Source of the DNA: an uncultured Candidatus Binatia bacterium
GTDB lineage: Bacteria; Desulfobacterota; Binatia; UBA9968; CAXXLF01
Assembly: GCA_965218425.1 (NCBI GenBank)
Contig: OZ244621.1
Location: 800,001-864,000 of the forward strand
Reading direction: 5' to 3'
DNA: 64,000 nt
Of the stretch, positions 18,522-28,112 are shown piece after piece. The number at the start of each line of letters is the position of its first letter. Position 1 is the stretch's first letter. The position numbers and the translations under genes are program-made. A model generated the notes under the pieces. It saw nothing but the letters and a program-made list of their open reading frames with translations, was not told where the DNA came from and did no database searches.

Positions 18522-19619
18522 CTGAAAGTTAAAAGCCAACAAACCCTCTGTGCCGTTATTGCTGCCTTTGCCATCCTAGTTCTTGCCCCCTCAGCATGGT
18601 CCTCATCTCCCAAGCTAATTACTGCGCGTGCGGCCTTCCTCATGAACGCCGACACCGGTGCGGTGCTTTTCGAGCGCAGGGCCGAGTTGGGTCTCCCACC
18701 CGCGAGCACCACAAAGGTGGTCACGGCCCTGGTGGCGTTGGAGCATAAACAACTCCACGATCATCTCCCAGTGAGCCGCACGGCGTCCAAAGTGAACTCC
18801 TTGAAGTTGGGTCTTCGCCCCGGTCAGACCATGAGCGTGCAGGACTTGCTCTATGGCGCGCTTCTATACTCAGCTAACGATGCGACCGTCGTGCTAGCCG
18901 AAGGAATTGGCGAATCCGTCGAAGGATTTGCGGAGATGATGACCCAAAAGGCTCGCCAGCTAGGCGCCGAGAACAGCCATTTCAAAAACCCCCATGGGTT
19001 AACGGCTCGCGGACACTATTCAAGCGCCAAGGATTTGGCCTTGATCTTCAATCACGCCATGGAAAATCCGGATTTTCGCACCATCGTCCAAACGAAATGG
19101 AAAAAGGTCTATCTGTTTGCAGCCGGAAAAATGAAACGGGTGAAAACACTGCCGCTTAGGAACAAAAACCGGCTCCTGTGGAATTATAAAGGCGCCATGG
19201 GCGGCAAGACCGGCTACACCCGCGCGGCCAGGAAGTGCTATGTTGGGGCAGCCACACGGGATGGAGTGACTCTAGTGGTCTCCGTCCTAGGTTCGCGAAA
19301 TCTCTGGAGAGATACGAAACGGCTGCTTGAATTCGGCTTCAAAAATAAATCTCGGAGCATCGACTCTTCGGCTGCCTTTATGATCCAAGTCGCTTCTTTT
19401 CGGGACAAAGACAGAGCCGAGTCACTACGCAACAAGATCGCCAAGGGCGGCTATAAGACCTACGTACATAAGTTTGACCCACAGCACGGAGAGACCGCCT
19501 ATCGGGTAAGGATTGGGCCCTACTCGCAATGGAATCACGCAAAGAGAGTGGCCCGAAAGCTAGAGCACAAACGGGGCATGAAACCGATGATTTTTCTTGC
19601 TTCACCTGGGGGCAGGTAA
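18522..19619 (+). CDS. D-alanyl-D-alanine carboxypeptidase (peptidase S11) with C-terminal SPOR domain; start uncertain
   Basis: PASTTK (SxxK), SAN (SxN), NPHGL, KTG; SPOR IQVASF...YRVRIGPY; an in-frame signal peptide lies upstream of ATG 18642. Confidence 0.88.
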   Translation: MKVKSQQTLCAVIAAFAILVLAPSAWSSSPKLITARAAFLMNADTGAVLFERRAELGLPPASTTKVVTALVALEHKQLHDHLPVSRTASKVNSLKLGLRPGQTMSVQDLLYGALLYSANDATVVLAEGIGESVEGFAEMMTQKARQLGAENSHFKNPHGLTARGHYSSAKDLALIFNHAMENPDFRTIVQTKWKKVYLFAAGKMKRVKTLPLRNKNRLLWNYKGAMGGKTGYTRAARKCYVGAATRDGVTLVVSVLGSRNLWRDTKRLLEFGFKNKSRSIDSSAAFMIQVASFRDKDRAESLRNKIAKGGYKTYVHKFDPQHGETAYRVRIGPYSQWNHAKRVARKLEHKRGMKPMIFLASPGGR

Positions 19620-19878
19620 ATCACAACGGCAAGCAACTATAATGATATTCGGTTGGAAAAACCCCGCCTGCTAGGGGAATAGCCCTGTCCACAACTTGAA
19701 GCATCCAAAGACTCCCTCCCGTGATATTCTTCATATTCTTTGGCGGAATCCGCCGAAGCACCCCCCTTCGCTCCCCGGGCTTTGGACGGTCTACCCATTG
19801 CATTCATTCACCTGGATTCATCGACGCCTAATGGCTATGGTTTTCTGCGAAGTTGGACAATTTTTTCCACTTTTCCTC

Positions 19879-19907
19879 TTGCACTTCGCCCCATTTCTTC
19901 TTATAAG
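19879..19907 (+). promoter_or_regulatory. sigma70 promoter for the S-M-G subunit operon
   Basis: TTGCAC-N17-TATAAG about 70 nt before ATG 19978. Confidence 0.6.
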
Positions 19908-19977
19908 ATATCGTCCGAGGGGGGGGATTTCGTCTTTTAGGACGCCCTCCAGTACGCTCCATGTAGAAAGGGAAATC

Positions 19978-20442
19978 ATGAACAAGAAGATTACCTTGCG
20001 CGTGAACGGCAAAAAGCATGAGCTGGAGGTTCCCACCAATCGTCTCTTGGTGGACGCCCTACGATATGATCTTGGCCTCACCGGCACGAAAGAGGGTTGT
20101 AGTGTGGGTGTCTGCGGGGCCTGTACGGTCCTCATGGACGGAAAAATGGTGAGTTCTTGTCTCGCACTAGCGGTTTTTGCGGACGGGCGCCAGATCACAA
20201 CGGTCGAAGGACTAGCCAAAAATGGCAAACTCCATCCCGTGCAACAAAGCTTTATTAAATACGGTGGTTTCCAGTGTGGAATTTGCACCCCCGGACAGGT
20301 GGTAGCGGCAAAGTCCCTGCTAGACGAAGTCAAGCGACCCACAGAGGATCAGGTGAAGGACTGGATGATGGGAAATCTGTGTCGTTGCACTGGCTATTAC
20401 AAGATTATCGAATCCATCCAAAAGGCTCACCAATTCAAATAA
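19978..20442 (+). CDS. Xanthine oxidase-family small 2x[2Fe-2S] subunit (CoxS-like)
   Basis: GTKEGCSVGVCGACTV, QCGICTPG, GNLCRCTGY; start MNKKITL. Confidence 0.95.
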   Translation: MNKKITLRVNGKKHELEVPTNRLLVDALRYDLGLTGTKEGCSVGVCGACTVLMDGKMVSSCLALAVFADGRQITTVEGLAKNGKLHPVQQSFIKYGGFQCGICTPGQVVAAKSLLDEVKRPTEDQVKDWMMGNLCRCTGYYKIIESIQKAHQFK

Positions 20443-20452
20443 GGACTGGACC

Positions 20453-21400
20453 ATGTTGGCATTTGAATACCACACACCTAAATCCCTTCAGGAAGTCCAC
20501 CAAGACTTAAAACAGTTCGGTAGCGACGCAAAAGTCATCGCAGGCGGAACAGCTCTCGTCATTATGATGAAGCAGCGGCTGGTTCATCCTACTTGCTTGA
20601 TCAGCCTGCGGTCCGTGCCACGTCTGAACACCATCACGGAAAAGGACGGCGGCATGAGAATCGGCTCCTTGGTGACCCACAGAGAGCTGGAAACTAATCC
20701 CTTGGTGCGGCGTCGGTTGCCGCTCTTGGCCCAGACCTATCACCATGTGGCCACCATCCGTGTAAGGAACATGGCCAGCGTCGGTGGTGGACTTGCCCAT
20801 GCCGATCCGAACCAGGATCCTCCTCCAACCCTGATTGCCCTAGGCGCCACCGCTAAGGCGACTTCGACCAACGGAACGAGAGAGTTCCCTTTAGAGAATT
20901 TCTTTACGGATTACTATGAAACCGTCTTAAATCCAGACGAGATTCTTACGGAGGTCTTCGTACCAACCCTACCGGCAAACAGCGGTGGAGCTTTTCTCAA
21001 ATTCCTGCCCCGTACGGCCGACGACTACGCCACAGTGTCCGCCGCAGCCGTGGTCACCCTGGACAAGGCCAAGAAGACCTTTCAGGACGTCCACATTGCC
21101 CTGGGCAGCGTGGGAACGACACCCATTCGTGCCAAGGAGGCTGAGGACGTGCTTCGCGGACAACCGGTAAAACCAGATGCTCTTAGAGAAGCCGCTGAAA
21201 AAGTCCGGCCTCTGGTTGATCCCATCAGTGATTTTCGTGGCTCTGCATCTTACAAAAGAGAAATGGCCGTTGTATTTGCACGACGGGCATTGGAACAGGC
21301 CCTGGCAGGTCTCCGGAAAAAGGCCCCCACTAAAGCAAAAGCTGTAAAAAAGACGCGACCTAAGAAAAAGGCCAAGGCCAAAAAGAGAGGTAGACAGTGA
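20453..21400 (+). CDS. Xanthine oxidase-family FAD subunit (CoxM-like) with Lys/Ala-rich tail
   Basis: AGGT, RNMASVGG.LAHADP..D, DFRGSA.YK. Confidence 0.93.
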   Translation: MLAFEYHTPKSLQEVHQDLKQFGSDAKVIAGGTALVIMMKQRLVHPTCLISLRSVPRLNTITEKDGGMRIGSLVTHRELETNPLVRRRLPLLAQTYHHVATIRVRNMASVGGGLAHADPNQDPPPTLIALGATAKATSTNGTREFPLENFFTDYYETVLNPDEILTEVFVPTLPANSGGAFLKFLPRTADDYATVSAAAVVTLDKAKKTFQDVHIALGSVGTTPIRAKEAEDVLRGQPVKPDALREAAEKVRPLVDPISDFRGSASYKREMAVVFARRALEQALAGLRKKAPTKAKAVKKTRPKKKAKAKKRGRQ

Positions 21401-21849
21401 AATTCAACCAGCGCGCAGTTATCGCGGCCGCCCGTGAGCCTCTGTGGGATTTTCTCATGGATGTTCCTAAAGTCGCCCAGTCACTACCTGGAGTGGAGAA
21501 AGTTGAACAACTGGACCCCAATACCTACCAGGGGACTCTAAAAGTCCGCGTGGGCCCCATAACGATCAATCTGCAAGGAAAGATAATTGTGGAACAACGG
21601 GACCGCGACAGCTGGCGTGCCACCCTCCGAGCCGATGCAAGCGACCGCTTGGCCGCAGGAGCCGTCAAAGCCAAAACGAGCATGGAGCTTAAAGAGTTGG
21701 GCCCCACCGAAACTGAGATGTCAGTGGATACTGACGTTAGCATCATGGGCAAGATCGGCGAGTTTGGGCAACCCATAATTCGCAAAAAAGCCGATGCCAT
21801 GCTCCAAGAATTCGTGGAGAACATCAAAAAGCAACTTGCGACTCCATAG
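21397..21849 (+). CDS. coxG: CoxG/SRPBCC family protein
   Basis: WDFLMD...LPG, KVRVGPI, GKIGEFG..I; GTGA overlap with the M subunit. Confidence 0.85.
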   Translation: MKFNQRAVIAAAREPLWDFLMDVPKVAQSLPGVEKVEQLDPNTYQGTLKVRVGPITINLQGKIIVEQRDRDSWRATLRADASDRLAAGAVKAKTSMELKELGPTETEMSVDTDVSIMGKIGEFGQPIIRKKADAMLQEFVENIKKQLATP

Positions 21850-22023
21850 CACAGGGTCTTATCCGAGTCCCCCTCTCCTCCAAGTCACGTTTCTTGAATC
21901 AGTTCCCCTCCAATCCATACGGTCTTTCCAGTTGGGTCTCGATCTTAGGACCGAAGCGCTACCCAGGGGCAGCCATTTGAGACAAGGCGCTCCAACGTCG
22001 AAACGATTTTTAAAACCAGCCCC

Positions 22024-22905
22024 ATGATGAACCCCTTAGAGAAATGGATGCTGGCTGCACGCCCCAAGACCCTGTGGGCCTCGGTGGCTCCCGTTGTAGT
22101 TGGAACGGCTATGGCCTACGGTGATGGGCTTCACCACTGGCCTTCCGCCTCCAGTGCCCTTCTCTGTGCGGTGCTTATCCAGATCGGAACCAATTTTGCC
22201 AACGACTATTTCGACTACAAGAAGGGGGCCGATACGGCACAAAGACAGGGTCCACTCCGACTGACCCAGGCAGGATTGGTGTCACCTCAGGCAATGAAAC
22301 TGGCCACGGCCCTCGTATTCCTGATGGCATGCATTGGGGCCCTCACACTGGTGGTGCGGGGAGGTTTGCCCATCATCCTCATCGGTATTTTTTGCATTCT
22401 CGCGGGCACACTCTATACAGGCGGACCCTACCCTTATGGCTATCACGGGCTGGGTGACCTTATCTGCCTGGTCTTTTTCGGACCCGTTGCTGTGGGGGGA
22501 ACCTACTATGTCCAAGCCATGGAGTTTCACCCGGTTGTTGCGGCGGCCGGACTGGGACCGGGTTTACTCATCACTGCGATCCTAACGGTCAATAATCTGC
22601 GCGATATTGAAGATGACCGCAAGGCGGGAAAACGGACGTTGGCCGTTAGTCTGGGTAAAACCTTCACCCGATGGGAATACGCATTCCTCGTGGTCTTGGG
22701 TGCTTCGGTTCCCATCCTAATTTACTTGAACACAGGGCAACGTCTAAGCTCGCTGCTTACCCTGGTCGTTATACCTATGGCTTGGCCCGCCTTTAAAACC
22801 CTCCGAGCCCGTAGCGATGGAGCAGCGCTCAACCCCACCCTCGTGCATACGGCTCGACTCCCACTCATCTATAGCGTTTTATTCTCCTTGGGTTGGCTCC
22901 TTTAA
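22024..22905 (+). CDS. menA: 1,4-dihydroxy-2-naphthoate polyprenyltransferase
   Basis: ARPKTL, QIGTNFANDYFDYKKGAD, YTGGPYP, NNLRDIEDD..GKRTLAV. Confidence 0.95.
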   Translation: MMNPLEKWMLAARPKTLWASVAPVVVGTAMAYGDGLHHWPSASSALLCAVLIQIGTNFANDYFDYKKGADTAQRQGPLRLTQAGLVSPQAMKLATALVFLMACIGALTLVVRGGLPIILIGIFCILAGTLYTGGPYPYGYHGLGDLICLVFFGPVAVGGTYYVQAMEFHPVVAAAGLGPGLLITAILTVNNLRDIEDDRKAGKRTLAVSLGKTFTRWEYAFLVVLGASVPILIYLNTGQRLSSLLTLVVIPMAWPAFKTLRARSDGAALNPTLVHTARLPLIYSVLFSLGWLL

Positions 22906-23024
22906 AAAGATTTCCCTTAGACCCGCCGGCGCAGTGCATTTCTCCCGTTCCCTGGCCATTCACAGTCAAGGGAAGCATCAACCCAGTCCCTTCGTCTCCT
23001 CGGTGAGGGACTGCATTTGGGTAA

Positions 23025-23642
23025 CTAGTGCAACGGTGAAAATGACGCCGGGATAACGATTGCGTTCTCCTGCTTGAGCATGAACTCACTGGTCTGGGAC
23101 GGCCAGTTTTCAAGTTTGTTAGCTTCGGCCCGTATTCGTGTTCTTTCCGCCATATTTTCATAGGGCCATATGTGAATGAACTGATTGAGCGGGCCAAATG
23201 TTGTGTACCAGCAGGCTGCCAACGGCGAGAGTTTTACCCGATCTGCAATCACTTTTTCCCAGCGCTCAAGCACCGTAGGAATGGACCCAGGCAGATAAGT
23301 ATAGGTTCGAATCTCGTAAATGTTGCCGAGCTTTCTTTCCTCAAGGGGCGGAGAAAAGGGTGCCGGCTGAAGGATCTTGTTTTCCTGGGAGATGATGATC
23401 TCCCGGTTTTGCGGCGGCCAATGCCCGGTCTTTCTTGCCTCCCCTGAGATACGCTCTCGATCCGCAAAATCCTTGTAGGGCCAAACATAAATGACCTGGT
23501 TCAGCGGGCCCACTTCGGAGTGCCAGAAGGCGCCAAGCTTGGAGATTTTCTGCCGGTATTCTAGGGCCGCAGCAAAGCGTTCCTCGAAGATTGGAATATT
23601 CCCGCCCGGTTTTAATGTATAGGTACGCATTTCTATAATCAT
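23025..23642 (-). CDS. NIPSNAP family protein (two repeats)
   Basis: Two copies of E.RTY....G....GPLNQ..H/Y.WPY...R....WP...P.SFSP; SD AGGAGG before ATG 23642. Confidence 0.92.
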   Translation of the reverse strand: MIIEMRTYTLKPGGNIPIFEERFAAALEYRQKISKLGAFWHSEVGPLNQVIYVWPYKDFADRERISGEARKTGHWPPQNREIIISQENKILQPAPFSPPLEERKLGNIYEIRTYTYLPGSIPTVLERWEKVIADRVKLSPLAACWYTTFGPLNQFIHIWPYENMAERTRIRAEANKLENWPSQTSEFMLKQENAIVIPASFSPLH

Positions 23643-23714
23643 GTTTCCCCTCCTTTGAACGAATTGCCTTGTTCTATCCCACAGATTCTTGGATCTTTGC
23701 AACATCCATTTTCA

Positions 23715-23783
23715 ATACCTGTGGCCGAAAAACCAACTCCCCGAGGAGAGCGAGGGCTCGGGGGCCTGCCCCTCAGCGGGAGC
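23715..23783. repeat. Degenerate partial copy (C) of the dispersed palindromic element
   Basis: CCCGAGGAGAGCGAGGGCTCGGGGGCCTGCCCCTCAGCGGGAG aligns with 58411-58453 CCCGAGGAGAACCCAAGCTTCGGGGGCCGCTTCTTGGCGGGAG. Confidence 0.55.
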
Positions 23784-23791
23784 CTAACGGA

Positions 23792-23881
23792 TAGCAATTA
23801 GCTCTCAGCCTTCAGCTATCAGCAAATCAGGACTGCGTAGCGAGCTCCTCCCCACTCAGTCCTCAACACTCGTTACTCACG
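23792..23881. repeat. Degenerate heptamer tandem repeats
   Basis: TAGCAAT/TAGCTCT/CAGCCTT/CAGCTAT/CAGCAAA, then ACTCAGT/CCTCAAC/ACTCGTT/ACTCACG. Confidence 0.7.
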
Positions 23882-23899
23882 GCTAATTTTGGGTCAGGT

Positions 23900-24040
23900 C
23901 CCCTGCGCCCGAAACCGTTACGGCGACGAGGGGAAGCGAGCCTCCGGCCGTGGGCATCGAACGTGTAGTTTCAAATATTCACTGGCCTGTTGCCCACGGC
24001 CGGAGGCTCGCTTCCCGAGGAGCACCGAGACCTTAGAGGT
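23900..24040. repeat. Dispersed palindromic element, copy A (perfect 26-bp inverted repeat)
   Basis: GGGAAGCGAGCCTCCGGCCGTGGGCA (23931-23956) and its exact reverse complement (23991-24016) around a 34-nt loop. Confidence 0.85.
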
Positions 24041-24157
24041 GCGGACTGTGTAACATAATCGGCACCGTGACCCTTGTGAAAGGAAGGGGGCTCGGGGACT
24101 TGTCCACCCCCCGTGATAAAACATAAACGTTCCCGTTTAATTACCTTCAGATCGGGG

Positions 24158-26413
24158 TTAATTCCTCCGGGTCTCCTTGAGGGCACGAAATACCTGATCG
24201 GAAGTAATGGGCAACTCAAAGGCGCGCGACCCCACCGCGTCGGCCACCGCGTTGGCGATGGCAGCAATAGGGCTATTATTGGACATTTCACCAATAGCCT
24301 TAGCACCGTAGGGTCCGGGTCCAACATTGGAATGGACCAGTGTGGTAACCAACTCCGGCACGTCGGCAATGGTCGGGACCTTGTAATCCCCCAGGTTGGT
24401 CGTTAGCACTCGACCCTCTTCGATCCTCACCTCTTCCATGGTCGCCATACCCATGCCTTGCACCAAACCCCCTTCGATTTGCCCTTGGTGAGTGATGGGG
24501 TTAATGATGGTCCCAACATCGTGAGAGGTTACGAATCGAGTGACCCTAAATTGACCGGTTTCGGTGTCTACTTTCACCTCGGCGATTTGCGCGCTGTAAC
24601 AGGTAATATCCTGTCTTCCCTTGGGGTTCACGTTGGCCGTGACCTGCAATAACCCGTCTTCCCCCTTGCGCTTGACGATGTCACCCATCATCAAAGCCCG
24701 CCTTGGATCCTCCTGGGCCCAGAACTTTTCACCCCGGTGAACAATCTCCTCCAGGGGACATTCTAAGATCTCCGCCGCACGGGCGGCTAGTTGTTCTCTC
24801 AGATCACCGGACGCTTGGAGAACCGCCGTTCCCGCGATGTTGGTTACCCGCATGGCTCCGGAGCCGCAATCCTTGGGGGCCGTATCCGTATCCCCCACAA
24901 CGACTTCAACACGATCCATATTCAACTCAAATTCCTTGGCCACAATCTGGCGCAAGACCGTATGGGCACCGACTCCCTGGTCAAAGGTAGGGCTGATGAT
25001 CGTGATGGTCCCGTTAGCGCCTGCCACAAGCGTTGCACCGGTAGGACCGGATCCTACATGTCGATCGTAAATGGCAATGCCCCGCCCCGTATTCGAGCCG
25101 CGCTTGCCACGTTTCCAGCCAAACGCGTCAAGGGCCGCTTGCAAGGCGTCACGGGCTTTGACCTCTTGCTGGCGCTCTCCCACCGCATTTTCTTCTCCGT
25201 CCTCAATGATATTCTTGAGTCGAAACTCGGCGGGGTCTATATTCAACGCCTTCGCAATAAGATCGTTGTGGGACTCCACGGCAAAGTTGGTCTGGGGAGC
25301 CCCGGGGGCTCGGAAAAATCCGCTGGGGACCGTATTCGTATAGACCTGAATGGCCTCAAAGAAGGTGTGCTCGATTCGATAAGGCCCACCCGCATGGGAC
25401 GCACCGCCGATGGAGATACTGACAACCGGCTTGAACGCCCCGTAGGCCCCGCTGTTATGGATCGCTTTCAACTTACGCGCAACCATACGACCGTCTTTTT
25501 TGACACCGGTACGGACGGTGATGACCGACGGATGGGTAGGGTTCCCTGCGGTGAGTTCTTCGTAATAGGTCATGACCATTTTAACCGGCCGTTTTGACTG
25601 CTGGGCTAGAAAGGCCGCGATGGGAAGGTCCATGGTGTCTCCCTTGCCACCGAAGTCACCCCCTACAAAGACCGGATTGATTCGAATGTTCGTCTCAGGG
25701 ATTCCCGTGGCCTTGGCCAGCTGGTCACGGATACTGAACGAACTCTTGGTGGAGATCCAGACGTCCAAACGGCCGTTGGCATCGATGGCGACAATGCCCG
25801 CATGGGGCTCAATGTAGCCGTGATGCCGGCCGGGGGTGCGAAAGGTATGCTCGAGGACAAGGTCCGCCTCCTGAAAGCCTTGCTCCACATCCCCTTTATC
25901 CCATGTCACTCGGGTCAGACCGTTGGGGACCTGCGGGATTGCGGCCGATTGGAGCATCCCATCATAGACACTGGGGTCTTCGTGCAATCTGGGAGCATCC
26001 GATTGCATGGCAGCCAATGGGTCAAATACGGGATGCAGGACCTCGTATTCCACATCGATATACTCAAGCGCCTCCTCTGCCGCATCAAGTGTTTCAGCGG
26101 CCACGGCTGCGACCCGGTCGCCAACAAACCGCACCTTGTCCCAGCATAAGACGGGCATGTCCCTCAAACGCCTTCCCACCAAGTGACCGGGGATATCTTT
26201 ACCCGTGATGACGGCCTTCACTCCCTCCACTTTCCAAGCTCGAGAGACATCCACACTGACAATGCGGGCATGGGGATGGGGACTGCGTAACACCTTGCCC
26301 CAAAGCATCCCAGGAAGAGAGATATCTGCCGCATAAAGCGCACGCCCCGTTACTTTGTCTGGGCCCTCTGCCCGCGGAATAGAAGCTCCAATGGGGGAAT
26401 CGCTCCTTGCCAC
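24158..26413 (-). CDS. Xanthine oxidase-family molybdopterin-binding large subunit (not a CO dehydrogenase)
   Basis: GTG at 26413 after AAGGAGGT; KVTGRALY, RSPHPHA, YIEPH, VGGDFGGK, FRAPG, GQIEGG, GAKAIGE; lacks the CODH AYxCSFR loop. Confidence 0.92.
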   Translation of the reverse strand: MARSDSPIGASIPRAEGPDKVTGRALYAADISLPGMLWGKVLRSPHPHARIVSVDVSRAWKVEGVKAVITGKDIPGHLVGRRLRDMPVLCWDKVRFVGDRVAAVAAETLDAAEEALEYIDVEYEVLHPVFDPLAAMQSDAPRLHEDPSVYDGMLQSAAIPQVPNGLTRVTWDKGDVEQGFQEADLVLEHTFRTPGRHHGYIEPHAGIVAIDANGRLDVWISTKSSFSIRDQLAKATGIPETNIRINPVFVGGDFGGKGDTMDLPIAAFLAQQSKRPVKMVMTYYEELTAGNPTHPSVITVRTGVKKDGRMVARKLKAIHNSGAYGAFKPVVSISIGGASHAGGPYRIEHTFFEAIQVYTNTVPSGFFRAPGAPQTNFAVESHNDLIAKALNIDPAEFRLKNIIEDGEENAVGERQQEVKARDALQAALDAFGWKRGKRGSNTGRGIAIYDRHVGSGPTGATLVAGANGTITIISPTFDQGVGAHTVLRQIVAKEFELNMDRVEVVVGDTDTAPKDCGSGAMRVTNIAGTAVLQASGDLREQLAARAAEILECPLEEIVHRGEKFWAQEDPRRALMMGDIVKRKGEDGLLQVTANVNPKGRQDITCYSAQIAEVKVDTETGQFRVTRFVTSHDVGTIINPITHQGQIEGGLVQGMGMATMEEVRIEEGRVLTTNLGDYKVPTIADVPELVTTLVHSNVGPGPYGAKAIGEMSNNSPIAAIANAVADAVGSRAFELPITSDQVFRALKETRRN

Positions 26414-27014
26414 CTGACTTACCTCCTTTGCACGGAAACTCACGAATCGAACGGAACGACTTAACTCCAAATGCGGCAAAAGATCAAGGCAGTTGTCCAG
26501 GAAATGATGTTGACTTCGTACCGATGGGTCTTACCCCGCTTGAAGCGGGGCTCAGAGTGGAACTGTAGAGTTCATCCCGAATCAGAGACACTTAAAGAGG
26601 GTGTTCTTTGGTACTCAGTAAAGCCGGCAACGGCAGTTTCCTGAAAATGTCGCGCGCCGGGGATGGCTTCAAGGGTACACTGACTATCGGCATTGCGCCG
26701 GCCTGAAACGCTCTCGCCGAATCCCCCTCCGTCGTGGCCGGCCTGCACCGTGCGGGCGGCGAACGGAGGATAGGAGGCGAAACCGGGTCGCCGGCAGGAA
26801 CCCACCTACTACTCAATCTGTCGCGGATACGCTCTAGGCAGGTGGTTCCGCGTGAAGGATTAACAATTTGGAAAACACCGAGACGGTATGCCCGCGCATC
26901 CGCCGGTAGACACCGACCTCACCGGCGCTTGAGGGCGTTTGGCTGGCCTCCTGAAACATGACCTCGCCGATACGGTTCAACTGAGGGGACGAACGAAACA
27001 AAGGCGTGGGCCAA

Positions 27015-27642
27015 ACCTTCAGATCCGCAATCAGAACATCACGATATGCGGCCAGCATGTCACGCAGTGGCCCTGAACGGCCTTCCTCTTGGAGAATGTG
27101 TCCGATTCCGTCGCGCAACAGGCGAGCCTTTGCGGCCATTCGATCGGCAAGCTCGCGCGGACCGGCGACCGTCCGCGGATCGGCTGTAAGGAACCCATCG
27201 AACAATGCGTCGGTGCTCGCTGCACCGTCCCTGTCGGTAGCGACTCTGCCTTGACTGTCGATTCGTCCGAGGCGCGCTATTACGCGTATCTCGCCATAGG
27301 CGTACCAGTGCAACTCCAAGTAGTCGATCAGGATAAGGTTCGGCAGCGCTGTTCTGTAGTGCGTAAGTTGTTCGTCGGTCTCTGCACGATCCAGGTTCGT
27401 GCCAATGTTCTTGCACTCGATATGACCAATCGGCACCCCACGGCGCTCGATAATGAAGTTTGATGCACCGCAGGCAACATGCGAAGGCTCGTTGACAGCG
27501 CGCACGGTGCTGCCACCCAATCCTTGGACGAGCGCCTGAAGGGCAGGCCGATAACCGTGCTCGGTCGCTTGCCCTGTTGTCAACACTTCGAAATAGCGCG
27601 AAGGTAGGTGCGAAGCTCACCGGTTGCACTTCCCTTACTCAC
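27015..27642 (-). pseudogene. Truncated N-terminus of a type ISP/IIG restriction-modification enzyme
   Basis: ELRTYLRAI / ATEH.YRPAL..L / NEP...CGA..F / IG.IECK.IG / EQL..Y...LPNLIL.DYLE / ELA.RMA pattern; frameshift near 27588; homology stops before the methyltransferase; GC-rich tract. Confidence 0.75.
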
Positions 27643-28112
27643 CGAGCGTCTCTCGTCATTGTTTGCCCAGCATCCGTCGATTTACTGTCACCGCAGGCAT
27701 CGCCGATGTTGTCGCCGACAGCAGCGCGACATGCAAGCGCTCCGACGGATGTCCGTCGTCGCTACCGATGCCATTGTCGCACCGAATGCGTGGGGTGTCG
27801 CCGCCGAGCCGCAAAATGCTTCCGCGGTTCCCGGTGCCGGCACCTCAACCGCGTCGTCTCGCACTGGCAAGGCAACGCGCAGCGACGCTGACACCAAGCA
27901 CGGCGTGATGTTCAGGCTCACGAGCTGCTGATAGGGCTATCGCCCCACCGCTTCGTCCTGCACGGGTGCGGCCGCTCAAGCGCCGCTCGGGCTAACTGCC
28001 GGATACGAAACGGTTTGCATCGCCCGGCCGCTTGATTGTCAGGAAGAGGGTTCAGGACGCCCTTCGGCGTTTCCCATACACACCTGACGCAGTTCTTAGA
28101 TTTGACGGCTTT

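Noticed and set aside
19696..19977. N-terminal extension of the 2Fe-2S subunit, or a Moco riboswitch in this leader
   Set aside because: A promoter (19879-19907) and SD support ATG 19978. The ~65-nt leader is too short and lacks the multi-stem Moco architecture despite CCGAG and GAAAGG words.
21858..22010. SAM-I-like words upstream of menA (TTATC; GGCAGCC...GGCGCT; GAT)
   Set aside because: No convincing P1 or kink-turn P2, and the spacing is wrong. An Rfam scan would settle it.
23715..24040. CRISPR array
   Set aside because: Repeats are inverted or degenerate, with no constant-length direct repeats and unique spacers; no cas genes in the window.
19978..26413. Aerobic CO dehydrogenase
   Set aside because: The large subunit lacks AYxCSFR, and no coxDEF accessory genes are present.
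26834..27015. C-terminal part of the 250-aa ORF as a recombinase fragment
   Set aside because: Only a vague GHT word; more likely read-through into unrelated DNA after the R-M truncation.
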